A DNA stretch of 63,992 bases, filler included, from Octopus bimaculoides (taxonomy: Eukaryota), in the NCBI RefSeq assembly GCF_001194135.2. It is 6 parts of 6 records of this genome, joined end to end, with 100 filler letters (N's around TTAATTAATTAA, not from the genome) between each part and the next. Parts side by side here need not be neighbours in the genome. Positions count along the whole stretch, not along the records: positions 46,715 to 58,339 come from NC_068981.1; positions 58,440 to 62,630 come from NC_069004.1; positions 62,731 to 63,992 come from NW_026327114.1; 3 more parts are not named here. The stretch is one strand, 5' to 3'. The notes below the pieces were generated by a model. The model saw nothing but the letters and a program-made list of their open reading frames with translations. It did not search any database and had not been told where the DNA came from. The translations under genes were made by a program, and so were the position numbers. This document shows positions 50,560 through 63,800 of the stretch, in pieces; positions within the stretch are counted from its first letter, which is position 1; every line of letters begins with the position of its first letter.

Positions 50560-51830
50560 TTCTCAGTTATCTAAAAGAATTATTATTCTTATTATTATTG
50601 ATATTAGTAGAAGTTGTATTAATATTAATAATACTTTCATTTTCAGTAATAGTAGTATTTTCATTGGTAGTAGTATTAGTATTATTGTTAGTAATATTAC
50701 TAGTTGTAGCGGTATTAGTAGTTATAATGGCTATTAGTACTAGTAATTCTATTAGTATGAACATTGGCTTCAGCCGTGCACATAGTTCCCTGGGAAGCAG
50801 AGATTACAGCATCTAGGTTCAAGCTAATTATAGTGTTAGGGCCAGGGGCGTTGTTTATGTTATTGCGTGCAGTGTTAGTGTTTTGGTTGTATAGATTTTT
50901 AGTAGGATTGTATACATTGAGGTAAGTTTATGTTTCTTGCATGAGGAAATAATAGATTTTATATTACGAGTAGAGGAGTAGGATAATTTTAAAGTAGATC
51001 TGTTAAAGATAGAATGCTATTTATGGTGACGTGGGAAGTTAGAGTCCACTATTTGTAAACGGTTTTGGCTAGTTCCTTAAAGTGCAAAGCGAATGGATGT
51101 GTGTACCAGAGAATTGATCTTCCACCACTTTTTTTGGCAAATTAGGGGAAGTGTAATTCCTAGAACATGTTAGAGGGGAGTTGTATGGTTCGATGTTTAT
51201 TTGCTTACATCGGGTATTATATATGTGGGTGCTGGGCGGACGAGATTGTCTTATATGAGGTCCTTCTAAGTTTCTGATAGAGGTGTTACTTTCTATGTAG
51301 TGGGAGGGCTTAGGTGTACAATAGGTGGTCGTACTACCCTAGGGTTAAGTTTATAGAGACGTTCTTTAAGTTTATTGTTTATTATAAATCTAATTTTCTG
51401 GGAGAAACCACTAGTAGCTAGATCTTGGTTATAGTAGGTAGCCTAGATATTGAAGATTTCCTCAGTGGCGGAGAGATCCGATGTCCAGATAGATATGCCT
51501 TTGATTATACGCTCGAATGTAGATTTGTGGTGGTTAGATTCTGTGTTGATGTACCTAAAGTATTGATTGGGTTTATGATAGGGGAAGTAAAGTGAAAAAC
51601 TTTAATCCAAAGTTACATTTAGAAAGTTGGCTGTTTTGTATGAGTTTTCAAAAGAAATAGGTTAAAGTTGGCGCAGAATTTATGTAAACGTTTTCTAGTT
51701 TTCTCTTCTGCAGATTTAGTTAGGCACGTTGTAATTAGCAATACATCATCTCTATACAAACCTCCTTTGATATTAGGGAAGTGCATGTAGAGTTGTTGAA
51801 AGAAGCATAGTCGAACTTTATTTCCTTATT
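50560..51830 (-). mobile_element. Penelope-like element (type 2) RT fragment and Asn/Thr-rich linker
   Basis: Minus strand GGLYRDDVLLI (YRDD at 51745-51756)..NVTLD..PYHKPNQYFRYINTESNHH..RSILWYTHPF..IFNRSTLKLSYSSTRNIKSIISS. It then runs into an (AAT/ACT)-rich tract at 50560-50760. Confidence 0.8.
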
Positions 51831-51930
51831 CTCTACTCTTCTATTTCATTGCTTATAACCTGCGAATTTTCCATGTTTAGGTCTTTATCTGAATATTTCC
51901 ATGTCTAGATCTTTCACATATTATCTACTC

Positions 51931-52005
51931 GTCTCTGATGACGGGATACCCCATATTTAGGCATACTCGCCTATCGCTTGGGATATCCCAGAAACAGCTA
52001 TAAGA
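51931..52005 (+). ncRNA. Minimal hammerhead ribozyme motif, antisense to and just 5' of the adjacent PLE
   Basis: TCT-CTGATGA(51935-51941)-c-GGGATAcCCCA..TGGGaTATCCC-a-GAAAC-AGCT-ATA|AGA. Stem II has 10 of 11 positions paired; stem I TCT/AGA; stem III ACAGCTAT is one substitution from the palindrome ACAGCTGT. Confidence 0.65.
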
Positions 52006-55000
52006 ACTCAACTAATTTAAGAATAATATAAAATAATGTATATGAATTGAGATGCTTGCCATGCCTCGGCGTTTGTTGTCCTCTTTCACAAATATATATT
52101 TACATATATATATATATGTATATACATATATGCACACACACACACACACACACACACATGTCTCTCTCTCTCTCCGTCTCTTTCTCTCCTTCTGTCCCTC
52201 TCTATATATACGTCTATATATATTGCATATATACATATATTTACATATATATGTGTGTGTGTATCGCTACGTTTATGTGCATCAACATGTTATCATAAAA
52301 TGTACATAGTATTATATTTACGTAAAGCTTTTCACTTAAAGTGTTTTCTATGTTGCTCAGATCTGACTCATCCAAAATTAGTTATAACAGGATTAAGGTC
52401 AAAGGTGAATACTGCATATTAGGATGTCTGTTCAAAGCTGTCGAGCAGAGACGTAAAAGCAAAGGCAAAGCATAAGATCACCACATGCCCTCCTCGGTTT
52501 GCATCCCAGTTCCTGCTATACAGAAAAATTCAATTACTCTTGTTCACAATTGTATCTCTTTTGAACTCTTTCATTACGCATGTTTTTTTTTTTCCTTTAT
52601 ACAATCTGAAAGTGAATATCAACTGCATCGTCGTCATACATAGTTATTCTTGCCAGCCTATATAAAAGGGACTGATGGAGAAAAGCTTCTTCCTCTTAAA
52701 TTTAATTAATGAAATTTCAATATTTTGAAATCATTTTATTGAAAATCAATTTTCCTTTTCTTATTTTGTCTAAATTATGCTAAGCATATTCTGGCCATTT
52801 TATTAGCAGTTTTACGTTTTACGTTCCAGTGTAACACATTAATTTTGATGGTTTTCCTTTGATGAGAAGTGTAAGCCTCATTATTCAGTCCGAAATAACT
52901 ACCCGTTTATTTTGAGCTTCCAAAAGATCCCTGTATTATGTATATTACGTTTCCTTATTATTTACTAAATCTCCTTTGTCTGTGGATTAATGCGTTTACC
53001 TGCACACACCTGTGTGTAAGAATTATCAATAACATTATTTCCTCTAGCTTACAAGTAGAAATGAAATTAGCATGGCATCTAATATGTGCCTAACTGAAGG
53101 TTCCTGATTAGTGTATCAGGGTAGGAAATTTAGTTAAAATAATGAACTAAGATTAAATTATGTCTTATCTATCATTCATAGTTGCAATCGTAGTGGAGAT
53201 TATTTTTTTTTTATTATCCTTAGAGACTATTATTTTACATTTATATCATATATTTCAGTTAGAATATGTAGAATTTCACGAAATAAAATTATCGAGAAGT
53301 ATTTTATGTCTATTCTAGAATATTTTCTCCTTGTGATTCAGCTACATTATCTATATTCTTATATTTGTGGTTCTATACTTTGTTATATTTTATTTTATGA
53401 TAGTATTAATTAATTATTTATGAGAGAACGTTGAATGAATGTGCTTGATGCCTACAAGAATATAATAGATGAGATAGCGGCTATCAAGTATATAATATGG
53501 AATTTATTACTGATAAGTTATATCTTAGCGATCAAACTGCATTCCCATGAATTCTGATGCAGATGCTTGAAAGTCTTATCACATGCTGAAATAATTTATG
53601 CTATTTTCTAAAATAATAGAGATTACAAAAGAGAATGTATTATAATTTTTGTCTATAATCTAAAAGAGATTATAGTTCCGTTTGTATATTCTACAATGAG
53701 ATCTACTCGGATTTCATACTTGTCTTCCAAAGTAACTCGAACACTTTCACGTCTTTCTGTTTACTGATTCTAAGGGATTGTGAGCCAGTGATATTTTTTA
53801 TCCCGTGAATACTAATAAACTGGCGTATGTTTCACAGCATCTTAGTTCTCTTACTTTGAAATGTATGCAGAGGAATGTTTTAAATTTTATTCCGCGAATG
53901 ACCATAAAATACTGAGATCAGTTTTAGGAATTATATATATCGCATCTAATTTCGAACATAATTTTCTAAAGAGTGCATCAGATGGGATTTCTGATGCATT
54001 GTTGATGCATCGGGCAGAATACCTTGTTTTTGATTTTTACATTTTGAATTGAAATCCTGGTGAGGCCTAATTTGCTTTTATCTTTCTGGGATCGAAAAAA
54101 AAATATCATCCAAGTGCTGCCCTCGATTTAATCTACGTATGCTGCTATCTCCCAGGCTTTCTGAGGTTGAGAAGCTATAATGAATTTTCTTAGTCATGGT
54201 TGTGCTTTAATGGCTGAGAAGGCGTTAAAACTCATCAGCCACAGTATCCCTATGAGGAATGGTGGATCTAAGAATTAATTGCTTTTAATAGTATAATGAC
54301 AGAATAATGTCACATATTTCTAGCAATTAACGGGATATATGGTATTTCAGTCATGCTAGAAGCAAATCGACCAAAAAACAATAGATCAGACAAAACAATT
54401 ATTATGGACAAAACAATTATTATGGACAAAGGAAATTACTAAGACCGTATAGATACTGCGTAGATATCTTGGATCGTCTGATTCGGTGTTATAACGACAT
54501 TCTTCCGTGTGTGTGCCTTTTGTGTCCACATGATCATTAAAATTAATGCCAATAATATACTGCTGCTTTAATCATATGGACTTGCACATCAGAGTGAAAA
54601 CATCATTTCTTTCTTTTGATTAAGCAGCCTTCTTTCTAATCTAGGGGGATTATAAATTATTTGATATGATTTTTATGCTTTTCATTTGGGTGTTAGCTAG
54701 CTTAATTAGACGAAGAAACAAAGCAACATATTGAGTAGCCTTCAACGTTTCCTTTAAAATAAAATCAGTATTAAGGAACTAGAAATGTTAATATGACGAG
54801 TCAGTCTTCTAATTCCTCATTCACATATCTTTGGTGCTGCAACATTTTTTTATCTAGACAATGGAAGCCATAATTTTTATAGAGGAGGGAATTACAAAGT
54901 GAGCATACAGCATATCTTAATTCAGTGAATGAATATATGCTAGCATTTACTAACAATTGTTTTTGCAGACATGGACCTTAATTACCTTGTAGCCGACTCA

Positions 55001-55749
55001 ATAAACTCCACTCACTACTCTTTCATAACCAGATAATTTGCGTAAGGCATTATTTTTAATATAAGCAATAATATTTGTTTCTTGTAAATATAATTTCATA
55101 GATATATGTCAGCTTGTAAAATGATATTAATTCCACAACAAAATTTACTATACGTAAGAAACTAGTCTCTCTACTGATACATTCTTTCTTGAATTCGGAG
55201 TTGTTTTTTTTGTTTTTTGTATCTCTTAGATACCATATTCCACCAATCTAAAATAAATTCACATATTACAAAAGTCACAAACGTTTCAATGATAATACAA
55301 CCAGCAATTTGATGGATACATTGGTAGCTATACTCCTATTCTTTTCTCACGTACATACAGACATATATGCTTGTACATTGTGCATTTACATGCAATACAT
55401 GCACACACACATATATATGAAAATTACACAATACAGCTCATAATGATTTTTTTAGTAATCATTTGAGAAATCGTTTTATTATCACTTAGAGTTAAATGCA
55501 CATAATATATATGCAACCGATCTGGCAACGTTTTGTAAATGAATAAAACGGTATCCATAATGCACTATATAGACTCCGATTATTATTGATCGAGGTGAGG
55601 TGGTTATATAATTAAATATATGATACAATCAACATTTACTGGTTGAACTGCTTTGGTGGAAGAGAGTTTCTTCGGTCCAAACGTGCTGTCTAAATCAAAC
55701 GTAAGGTACTTTTCGTTACTTGAAAAATCTGCATAGAGTTTGAATTAAT

Positions 55750-56330
55750 ACACTGTAGATTTTCAGGCAATTAGAAATTGACCACATGCAACTTTCTTTC
55801 ATGATGGCTCTGTAGTATCTCCAGTTACGAAAGATTATCTGGATTTTCAGTTCGGTATTGTTTGTAATTTCAGGATGCTTTGGTGTCTGGTATGATTTTG
55901 ATAACGATGTTACGTTTAGCTGAAGTACATTTAGATGCATGGTCTCCGAGACTCCAGGCGATTTCAATCAAGGCTGTAGAGGTTTTTCTGTCCTTCCATA
56001 TGAATGTGTATAGTTGCTGGCAATAACCAGTTTTTAATGAGTTGGCAATGAGTTCGTCAAATTCTTTTCCAAATATCCGGGGTTATATCGATCCTTTTTT
56101 TGCATTACTGCTTTAGACAACCTCTGTGATACTCTAAGTGTGTAGGCAGGAGTATATCTGCAGTTGCAGCTTGGCTTTTGAGATAGGAGCTTTCGGTTGT
56201 AGTGTCTGATCTATAAAGCGATGTCACCCAGGCAGCCACAGATCAACTTGACGTTAGTGATGTTGAAGTGTTTGTTGTACGTGTGTGTCAGTGACAAATA
56301 TTGTCTTATTAGGGATAACCTATTCTTGGT
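55750..56330 (-). mobile_element. Degenerate Penelope-like linker/GIY-YIG relic (type 2)
   Basis: Frameshifted minus-strand pieces HNRKLLSQKPSCNCRYTPAC.., TFIWKD.., YSLD*.., TNNTEL resemble PLE HNRKLL..CNCR..CPL / YIW.LK / ..LNKRTEL. Confidence 0.5.
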
Positions 56331-57423
56331 TATTTTAGCACCTAAATTCTTGTTGAGTGATACTTCAAATTATGTTACTTTCCTGTAACATTATTTTCTA
56401 TATCATATGCGTGTGAGATGCTTCTTGTATAATAGCAACTCGCTAATCTCATCGCTCTAGAGAAAAATGATAGGAAAGATTTGAATAAAATACATAAAAA
56501 GAAACATCGGTGAATTTAACCAAGCATTAAGCATGAGCCATTTTCTAAATACAGACAACAATAACGGAGAATATAATTTGATAAGAGATATAGTTTTTTT
56601 CAATTCTATAAAATCATGAATAAAAGCATATTATATGAATTGCACTGGATTAAGTTATTTGAGACAATACAGTTTGTTTCCGCTTCTGAGTAACTACTTG
56701 ATAACAGTATCAGTGTAGATTTATTTTTCAAGTCTCGTGGTGCACCTAAGCATGAGATAAATTGCCCTTAGAATGCGGTTGCTAATTATTCTAAATTCAG
56801 TTTTGGAGGAGGGTTAAATCTACATTTAGAGTTTAAAGAGGAAACTTGCCATATAATTAATAAAGAGACATAGTGTTTACGCTTAGTAATGCAGTTCATG
56901 TAGTCTTCTATTTTTGACTAGAAAGCTAGTTCATTTCCTTTATTATTTATGGTATTTTAGTCAGCAGGGCTGTTTTATCTTAATATACATCAGTGCAGTT
57001 TAGAGTGCATAGTGATGTTTCGTTCGCATACATTCTTTGTATTATAGTCTGAAGGCACTGTAAAGTATAGCGTTATAAAAACTACCAGTTTTTAGCCACC
57101 GCTGTGTTACATACAGGAATGTACCGGAAAATCTAAATAAAATGTTTCATTTCTCTGCAAGTAAGTGGAAGTTAGTGGAATGTTTGAAATGTTTCATTAT
57201 ATTACTCGGGGTATTTTAGAAAAAGTTATGTTGTAAATTTACTGTTTTTATCCGAATGATGAGGTTGGGTTTGACGTTTTAAAGTTCATTAATTCGTGAG
57301 AGTGATGTTATAGTTGCAAAATAAAAAAGGCTGTACTCCCTTGTGTTATTCATATCTTCTCCTCTCCTCTCCTTGGTAATGGATGTATTGTCCTTGACAA
57401 TTTCAATACATACATACATACAT

Positions 57424-57658
57424 AAGGGCGGCGAGCTGGCAGAAACGTTAGCACGCCGGGCGAAATGCTTAGCGGTATTTCGTCTGCCGTTACGTATTGA
57501 GTTCAAATTCCGCCGAGGTCGACTTTGCCTTTCATCCCTTGGGGGTCGATAAATTAAGTACCAGTTACGCACTAGGGTCGATCTAATCGACTTAATCCCT
57601 TTGTCTGTCCTTGTTTGTCCCCTCTATGTTTAGCCCCTTGTGGGCAATAACGAAATAG
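57424..57658 (+). mobile_element. Full-length tRNA-derived SINE (family A)
   Basis: aagggcggcgagctggcagaaacgttagcacgccgggcg head (A-box), gagttcaaattcc B-box, body to gcaataacgaaatag. Confidence 0.92.
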
Positions 57659-57823
57659 GTATTTCGACCGTCTTTACGTTCTGAGTTCAAGTTCCACCGA
57701 GGTCGACTTTGCCTTTCATCCTTTCGGGGTCGATTAATTAAGTACCAGTTGCGTACTGGAGACAATCTAATCGACTGGCATCCTCCCCAAAAATTTCGGG
57801 CCTTGTGCCTAGAGTAGAAAAAT
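57659..57823 (+). mobile_element. Second, 5'-truncated family-A SINE directly appended to the first
   Basis: atttcg..ctgagttcaagttcc..gccttgtgcctagagtagaaaa. Confidence 0.85.
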
Positions 57824-59180
57824 ACATACATACTTACATCCATACATAAAAAGATGGAGCATTGTATCTTTGTTGGAACCTAGCTCCCTTCTCAGTAGAA
57901 AATTTATAATAATTAAAAAGCAGAAGAGACATACATACATAATGCATACATACATACATACATACATACATACATACATACATACATACATACATGCATA
58001 CATACAACAGGATACTGAAACGTTCCTGGCTTTAAGGAGATTCGGTATCTATACACGACTGCATGAATTTATCAAAATCGCATACAAAGGAATACATATC
58101 AAACTATTAAAGTTCATTACGCCAATGTGTTAAGTGGACGAGATGCAATGAACGCATTTTGTTTAAAATGGTAGTACATCACTTGAAGTGTGCAGAATTG
58201 TGGTACGTAAAATTGATTGTTGCTCGTCTCCCTTGTATTACTTCATCCGGTAATATATCTTGGCTTACCATTTCAAACATACTAATGGTCCCTTTTTTCG
58301 GATTTTGAAATTCATACACACCCTATATATATATATATANNNNNNNNNNNNNNNNNNNNNNNNNNNNNNNNNNNNNNNNNNNNTTAATTAATTAANNNNN
58401 NNNNNNNNNNNNNNNNNNNNNNNNNNNNNNNNNNNNNNNATTTATCGATATGTATTGAGATGAGAACCCTCACAATGATAAGCCTTGATCCAGAAATCAG
58501 CTGTTCGTATATTTGTTATATTCCTGAATGTTCTAACAGCACACTTTACAAATTTAAACTCTTATCTATATGAACACTTAGTTTACTACAGGAATTTCAC
58601 TCTGAAATTGTTGATCATACAAAATATTATTTGTTGGGGTAATTTTCGCACTGAACAACAATCGTCTTTGTTCTACAATAAATAAATCATTTGGTGTTTT
58701 TCATAATTTGAATAATTGATATAGATTTTTAGCAGCATAGAACAAAATATCTCGGGTAAGTTTATGGTTTTAGTTGGCTGATATTGCAATTTCTTTTTGA
58801 TATTCCTGATAGTAAAATACAGTCTTCAACTCTGTGATGTTACTTATAGAAAATTGAAAGCCTGGAGGGTGGAATATGGGTGTAAAAAATTTTAGTCTTC
58901 AGTTACACGACAGCATAGCTGTGCTAATAGTTATAGAAAAGTTGAAAGGAATACCTAATTTTCTAACACGGGGGGGATGAATGTACAACGAAGCACAGGA
59001 TAAAAAATATTTGTGTTTTTATTGAAATGAAGAATAAACTGAAGAGGTTTTGATCAGGGAGAATCGGAAAAGTGAAGGGATAAAAAAGAAGGCTGAAATA
59101 TTTAGGATTTATGGTGTGCAATGTTGTAGTGGCAATGTTGTGTATTAAACTGATGTGTACGTGTTTCATCTTCCGTGTAG

Positions 59181-61878
59181 CAAGTGGCTGGGCGACGTTG
59201 AATACGAGAATACCAGCGGATCGATTCCTGTGAAAGAGTACGGCCCCATACATGGCGGCAGCAGCAGCAATAAAAGCGGGGCGGCGACCTCCGTGAGAGA
59301 ATCTAGGTCATCCCCAAGTAAAACCCCCGTTAGATACCCTTCACCGTTAAAAATGATAGATTCCCCTACCTCATCCTTTTATTATCAGTCACCACCCCTC
59401 CAGTCACCGGAACCTGTGGCCTATAATCAACATCATTCGCCGATACGTCACGTTGAGCCGCCACGGCGTAGAGCTCCTAGTCCTCAACCTACCTACAACC
59501 CACCCCAAACTTATAATGATATTCCGAGCCCGTCTTTCATGACACCGAAACAATGGACACCGGTCACTCCCCCTGTTCAGACATATAATCCGCCGATTGA
59601 TACATATGTTCCTCCACCGCAGCTACCACCGCCGCCGCCACATTCTGCTCCGACAGCAAGAAGTCATTTGCCGTTCACACCTACTGTTCCGGCAAAGAAG
59701 GCCGCTTCAGCGCCGAAGCCCAGACAGCCCACCGCGAAATCTGCTCCGGCGACACCTGCAGCTAATGAAAGTGTACCTGACTACAGTTATCGTTCTTGGG
59801 GAGCATCTATTATAAGCCCTTTCGCTAAAAAACTGGAACAAGAACAGGCTGAGCAAGCTAGAGACGAACCGGTGCATCAACAAACGTCATATGTCACACC
59901 GGTTTCCCAGAAACCGAAGCCGGGCGCTAAAAAACATATGGTCTTCGAAGAATTGTCATCAGCTTTAAAGAAATCTAGTACTTTCCCCAAGGGAACTTAC
60001 GCTGCGAAAGAGTTCAAAACCAATGATGGAAGGGGTACAACTGTTTACAAAAGTGGTACTGCCACATATAGTCACGTGCATTTTACGCACAGCTACCATG
60101 ATAATGGTAATAACAATTCTGAATCTGATCCGGGTTATGTCACACCACCGATGTTTTTTGAAAATTACAGCGAAAGATTTGAAGTTGCACCAGACCAACG
60201 TCCTAAGACCGTCAGCACCGGTATGGTGCTGACGCTTTCCGATGTGCCACCTGCACAGGTTACAGCAGAGCACGAAGACAGAGGAGTAGTTACCGTTGAG
60301 CAACAAACAAAAGAGCCTTCGGTAATTGCTATCACTCCATTAACTATTAATATTAAACCTCTTGTTAGTGATGTCACAGCAGTGACACCGCAAGAGAAAC
60401 CAGCTGAAGCTCCAGCGAGCGAGACAACTGTTATAGCTGCACAACCGACAACAACTGAAGAACCACAGACAATAGCGGAAACGGTCCAACAAGAAGTTAA
60501 ACAGGAAATTACAGAAGAATCAACTCCACCAGCGCCTCCTGTTGATAAGGAAAGCATAGCAGCTCCGGCAGAAGCTGCGACACCAGCTGAGGAAACCAGT
60601 TCAGCCGAACAAGTCGATAAAGTAGCGGAAACTAAAATCGAGACTGCAGCTCCACCAGAGGGCGACACTGCTGCGGCTCCCGTCGAAACTACGACAAAAA
60701 CTGAAACCCCAGCAACAACACCACCAAAGGTCGAAACTGCTGTGACTCCCGTCGAAAGTACAACAAAGACTGAAACCCCATCAACACCACCACCACCAGA
60801 GGTCGAAACTGCTGTGACTCCCGTCGAAAGTACAACAAAGACTGAAACCCCATCAACACCAGAGGCCGCCACGTGCGCTGCTACTCAAGCTGATACCAGT
60901 GTTCAGCCAGAGGAGAAAGGTGAAGGTGTTTCTCCTGTTGTAAACGAAGTTAAAGAAGTCGAGAAGGAGGCGGCAACTCAGCCAGACAGCAGTTCTACAG
61001 AAGCAGCCCCGGTTGAAAAGGAGACCCCTGCTGCTTCACAGGAAGAAGTCCAAACTGTCCAGGAATCTGAAACAGCAAAAACAACAGAAGCATCGTCGTC
61101 AGAGGTTAAAACGACTGACGTAAAACATACAGTGACATCGGAAACTTCAACAGCATCAGAGCCAACGACAACAACAAAAACAGAAACAACAGTTGAAACA
61201 ACAACAAAAACAACACCAACAACCGAATCAGTAGTAGAAACAACAGTATCAACCACAACAGTTACAGAGAAAACAGAGACGGTGCAACATACTGTAATAG
61301 AAAGCTCTACATCTGAGGAACATTCAGCTCCGGCGGCCGAGGACAAGCCTGAACCAAAGAAGCCAGAAGGTGTAGAAGACAAAATAGAAGCAAGCAGTTG
61401 CCCTCCGGCCGCTTCTTCGAAGACAGAGGAACCAGCAGCGGAGACAGCTGCATCTAGCGCAGTTCCAGCTTCTGTAAAAGAACAATCTGCAGGGGACCAA
61501 GAACAAGTGACCACAATACTAACTCCTACTCCGTCCGAACCCACCCCTACTGTAGTAGAAACCACCGCCCAAGAAAGCCAACCTGTAGAAAAATCAGTCT
61601 CTGACGGTCAAATCGCCGCCCCGGCACCACGAGAAGGAGAAACCACAGCCGATACCCAAACTGTTAAAAGTGAAGGAAGTCCATCAGTGAACCAATCCCA
61701 ATCGGAAGACACGAGCAACAAGATAACTACGGAAATTCCTGTTAGCGAAACAACTACTACTACTACTACTACTACTACAACTGACACAACCAAAACCACT
61801 GATAATGTTACTGCTGCTGCTGCTGAGGACGCCAAGTCTTCAGCTGATAAAGGCTTGGAGAGCAATAACAGGTATTGA
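59181..61878 (+). CDS. Large 3'-terminal coding exon of an uncharacterised low-complexity (Pro/Ser then Thr/Glu/Ala/Pro-rich) protein
   Basis: 907-codon ORF (59155-61878 in track), much higher GC than flanks, ends TGA. An in-frame TAA lies at 59146-59148 and the track start is a GTG. A branch-point-like CTGAT (59150-59154) and a pyrimidine-rich acceptor (tttcatcttccgtgtAG, AG at 59179-59180) suggest the exon starts at 59181 after a phase-2 intron. No recognisable folded domain, signal peptide or TM helix. Confidence 0.85.
60664..60861 (+). repeat. Intragenic tandem repeat, ~72 nt / 24 aa (ETAVTPVESTTKTETPSTP), two near-identical copies plus one diverged
   Basis: ggtcgaaactgctgtgactcccgtcgaaagtacaacaaagactgaaaccccatcaacacca starts at 60729 and again at 60801; upstream DTAAAPVETTTKTETPATTPP is a diverged copy. 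Confidence 0.9.
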
Positions 61879-61967
61879 CCTACATGAGTAGCTTACAATC
61901 CTACATTACTCAATACACACATAATCATAAGCACACATACATAAATGCAAGTTATATACACACACAT

Positions 61968-62022
<55 letters not shown>

Positions 62023-62217
62023 TCATACACACAGATACGTATTTGGTTGGATGCATGCATGAGAAAATGTATGGAAGAAAAATGCCTTATTACGAATGCA
62101 ATTTAAATGCTTTAAAGACATTTCACACTTTGATGCATCACATATGCACATACAAATACAACAGACACAGATATACAGTGTTGTCAATCCTAATATTCAT
62201 CTCACTTACCATATATG

Positions 62218-62260
<43 letters not shown>

Positions 62261-62580
62261 ACACCATTTTTGTCAATTAATTTTGCATATTCACACAGTA
62301 CTCCATTTGTGCCAAACTTTCTCCATAATTACACACATACACACACGAAATATCAGTTCATATATACTATATTATAGCTATATTTTTCTATGAATGTAGT
62401 CCTGATCAAGTATGTACTGTTGACGAAATTCACATCCAACTGCAATATTTACAGAAATTATATATGTTTGTATGTATGGCTACAGTTAGTACAAGGGAGA
62501 TAATCATTTCATAATGTTTGGCGGGATTAGAAGTTTGAATTTGAAATTAAGGAGTAAGGAAGATACATAGCATCTCATCA

Positions 62581-62630
<50 letters not shown>

Positions 62631-62731
62631 NNNNNNNNNNNNNNNNNNNNNNNNNNNNNNNNNNNNNNNNNNNNTTAATTAATTAANNNNNNNNNNNNNN
62701 NNNNNNNNNNNNNNNNNNNNNNNNNNNNNNA

Positions 62732-63800
62732 ACAGAACACTTATAGACAAAAATCGGGCAAGGTGATGGGAACGAGGGTAGCCCTTACTTTTGCCAACAT
62801 TGTCATGGCATAATTGGAAATATACGAACATGCTAGATTGAAATTTGAAGACAACTTCCAAAAATACTGTTTCACCAGCTGGAAATGCTACCTGGATGAT
62901 TGTTTCATTCTCTAGCCCCATAATCTTGAACAACTCTCAAAATTTAAAATCTTAATCAACAGTAGTAACCACACTATCCANNNNNNNNNNCTACAAACAA
63001 TTACTCTTCTTGGACATCATAATCATAAAAATGGATACTGAAATTGAAATCGGCATCTTCTTTGAACCAGCAGACTCAAAACAAAATCTTCAATTCTTCT
63101 CCTGCCACTCAAAACATACTAAAATAAATATACCATTCAACTTAACAAGAAAAATTTGCATGATTTCATCAAATCTCGAAAGAGTTACAGAAAACAAGAA
63201 AACACCATGATACACTTAAAACGTTATCTTACATATTAACACACAATCTGAGGAATATGGACGCATACAACATCCACCAAAACATACCCCTCCTTATGAA
63301 GGACCTGTGAATGAAAAGGGCATTGGAAATACATAAGATTATTAAGAGCAAATGACAACTGCAATCCTTAAAAAAGTTACTCACTAGTGCCAAACTATCC
63401 ACAAAAATACAAACCCACTAGGCAAAAAGTGCAACTGCCCTAACTGTAGAACTTACATCTTCCTCTTAGAGGGCTCAACATACAAATTTAAGTCAGGTCA
63501 ATCTTTTACCATAAAAAAATCACTTCACCTGTGCTTCCAAGAACTTAATCTATGTTCTCAAATGTGGAAGATGTTGTGGAGACTACACAGGTGAAACTAG
63601 TTTAACCTTGGGGGACAGACTAATGGTGCACAGGCAACAAATCCAGGACCCCAAAACTAGGAAAATTCCCGTAAGCAAACACCGAGACCAATGCCCCATA
63701 AACATAAACCCTAAATACCAAATCTTCCCTCTCTATAAATGCACTGGAAACAGTTGAACCCAATTCCATTCAAATAAGGAAAGCATAATCATTAAAAANN
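62732..63800 (+). mobile_element. Penelope-like retroelement (RT + GIY-YIG), decayed
   Basis: TYRQKSGKVMGTRVALTFANIVM..WKCYLDDCFIL (YLDD 62889-62900)..LLFLDIIII..SKQNLQFFSCHSKHTKINIPFNL..NLIYVLKCGRCCGDYTGETSLTLGDRLMVHRQQIQDPKTRKIPVSKH. Confidence 0.9.

Noticed and set aside
59155-59195. YVFHLPCSKWL resembling the end of a PLAT/LH2 domain
   Set aside because: Most of these residues fall in the predicted intron (branch point and acceptor at 59150-59180); only KWL would be exonic, which is too little evidence.
60165-61865. Long antisense ORFs (235, 195, 85 aa) under the big exon
   Set aside because: Expected shadow ORFs of a Thr/Pro/Ala/Glu-biased sense frame.
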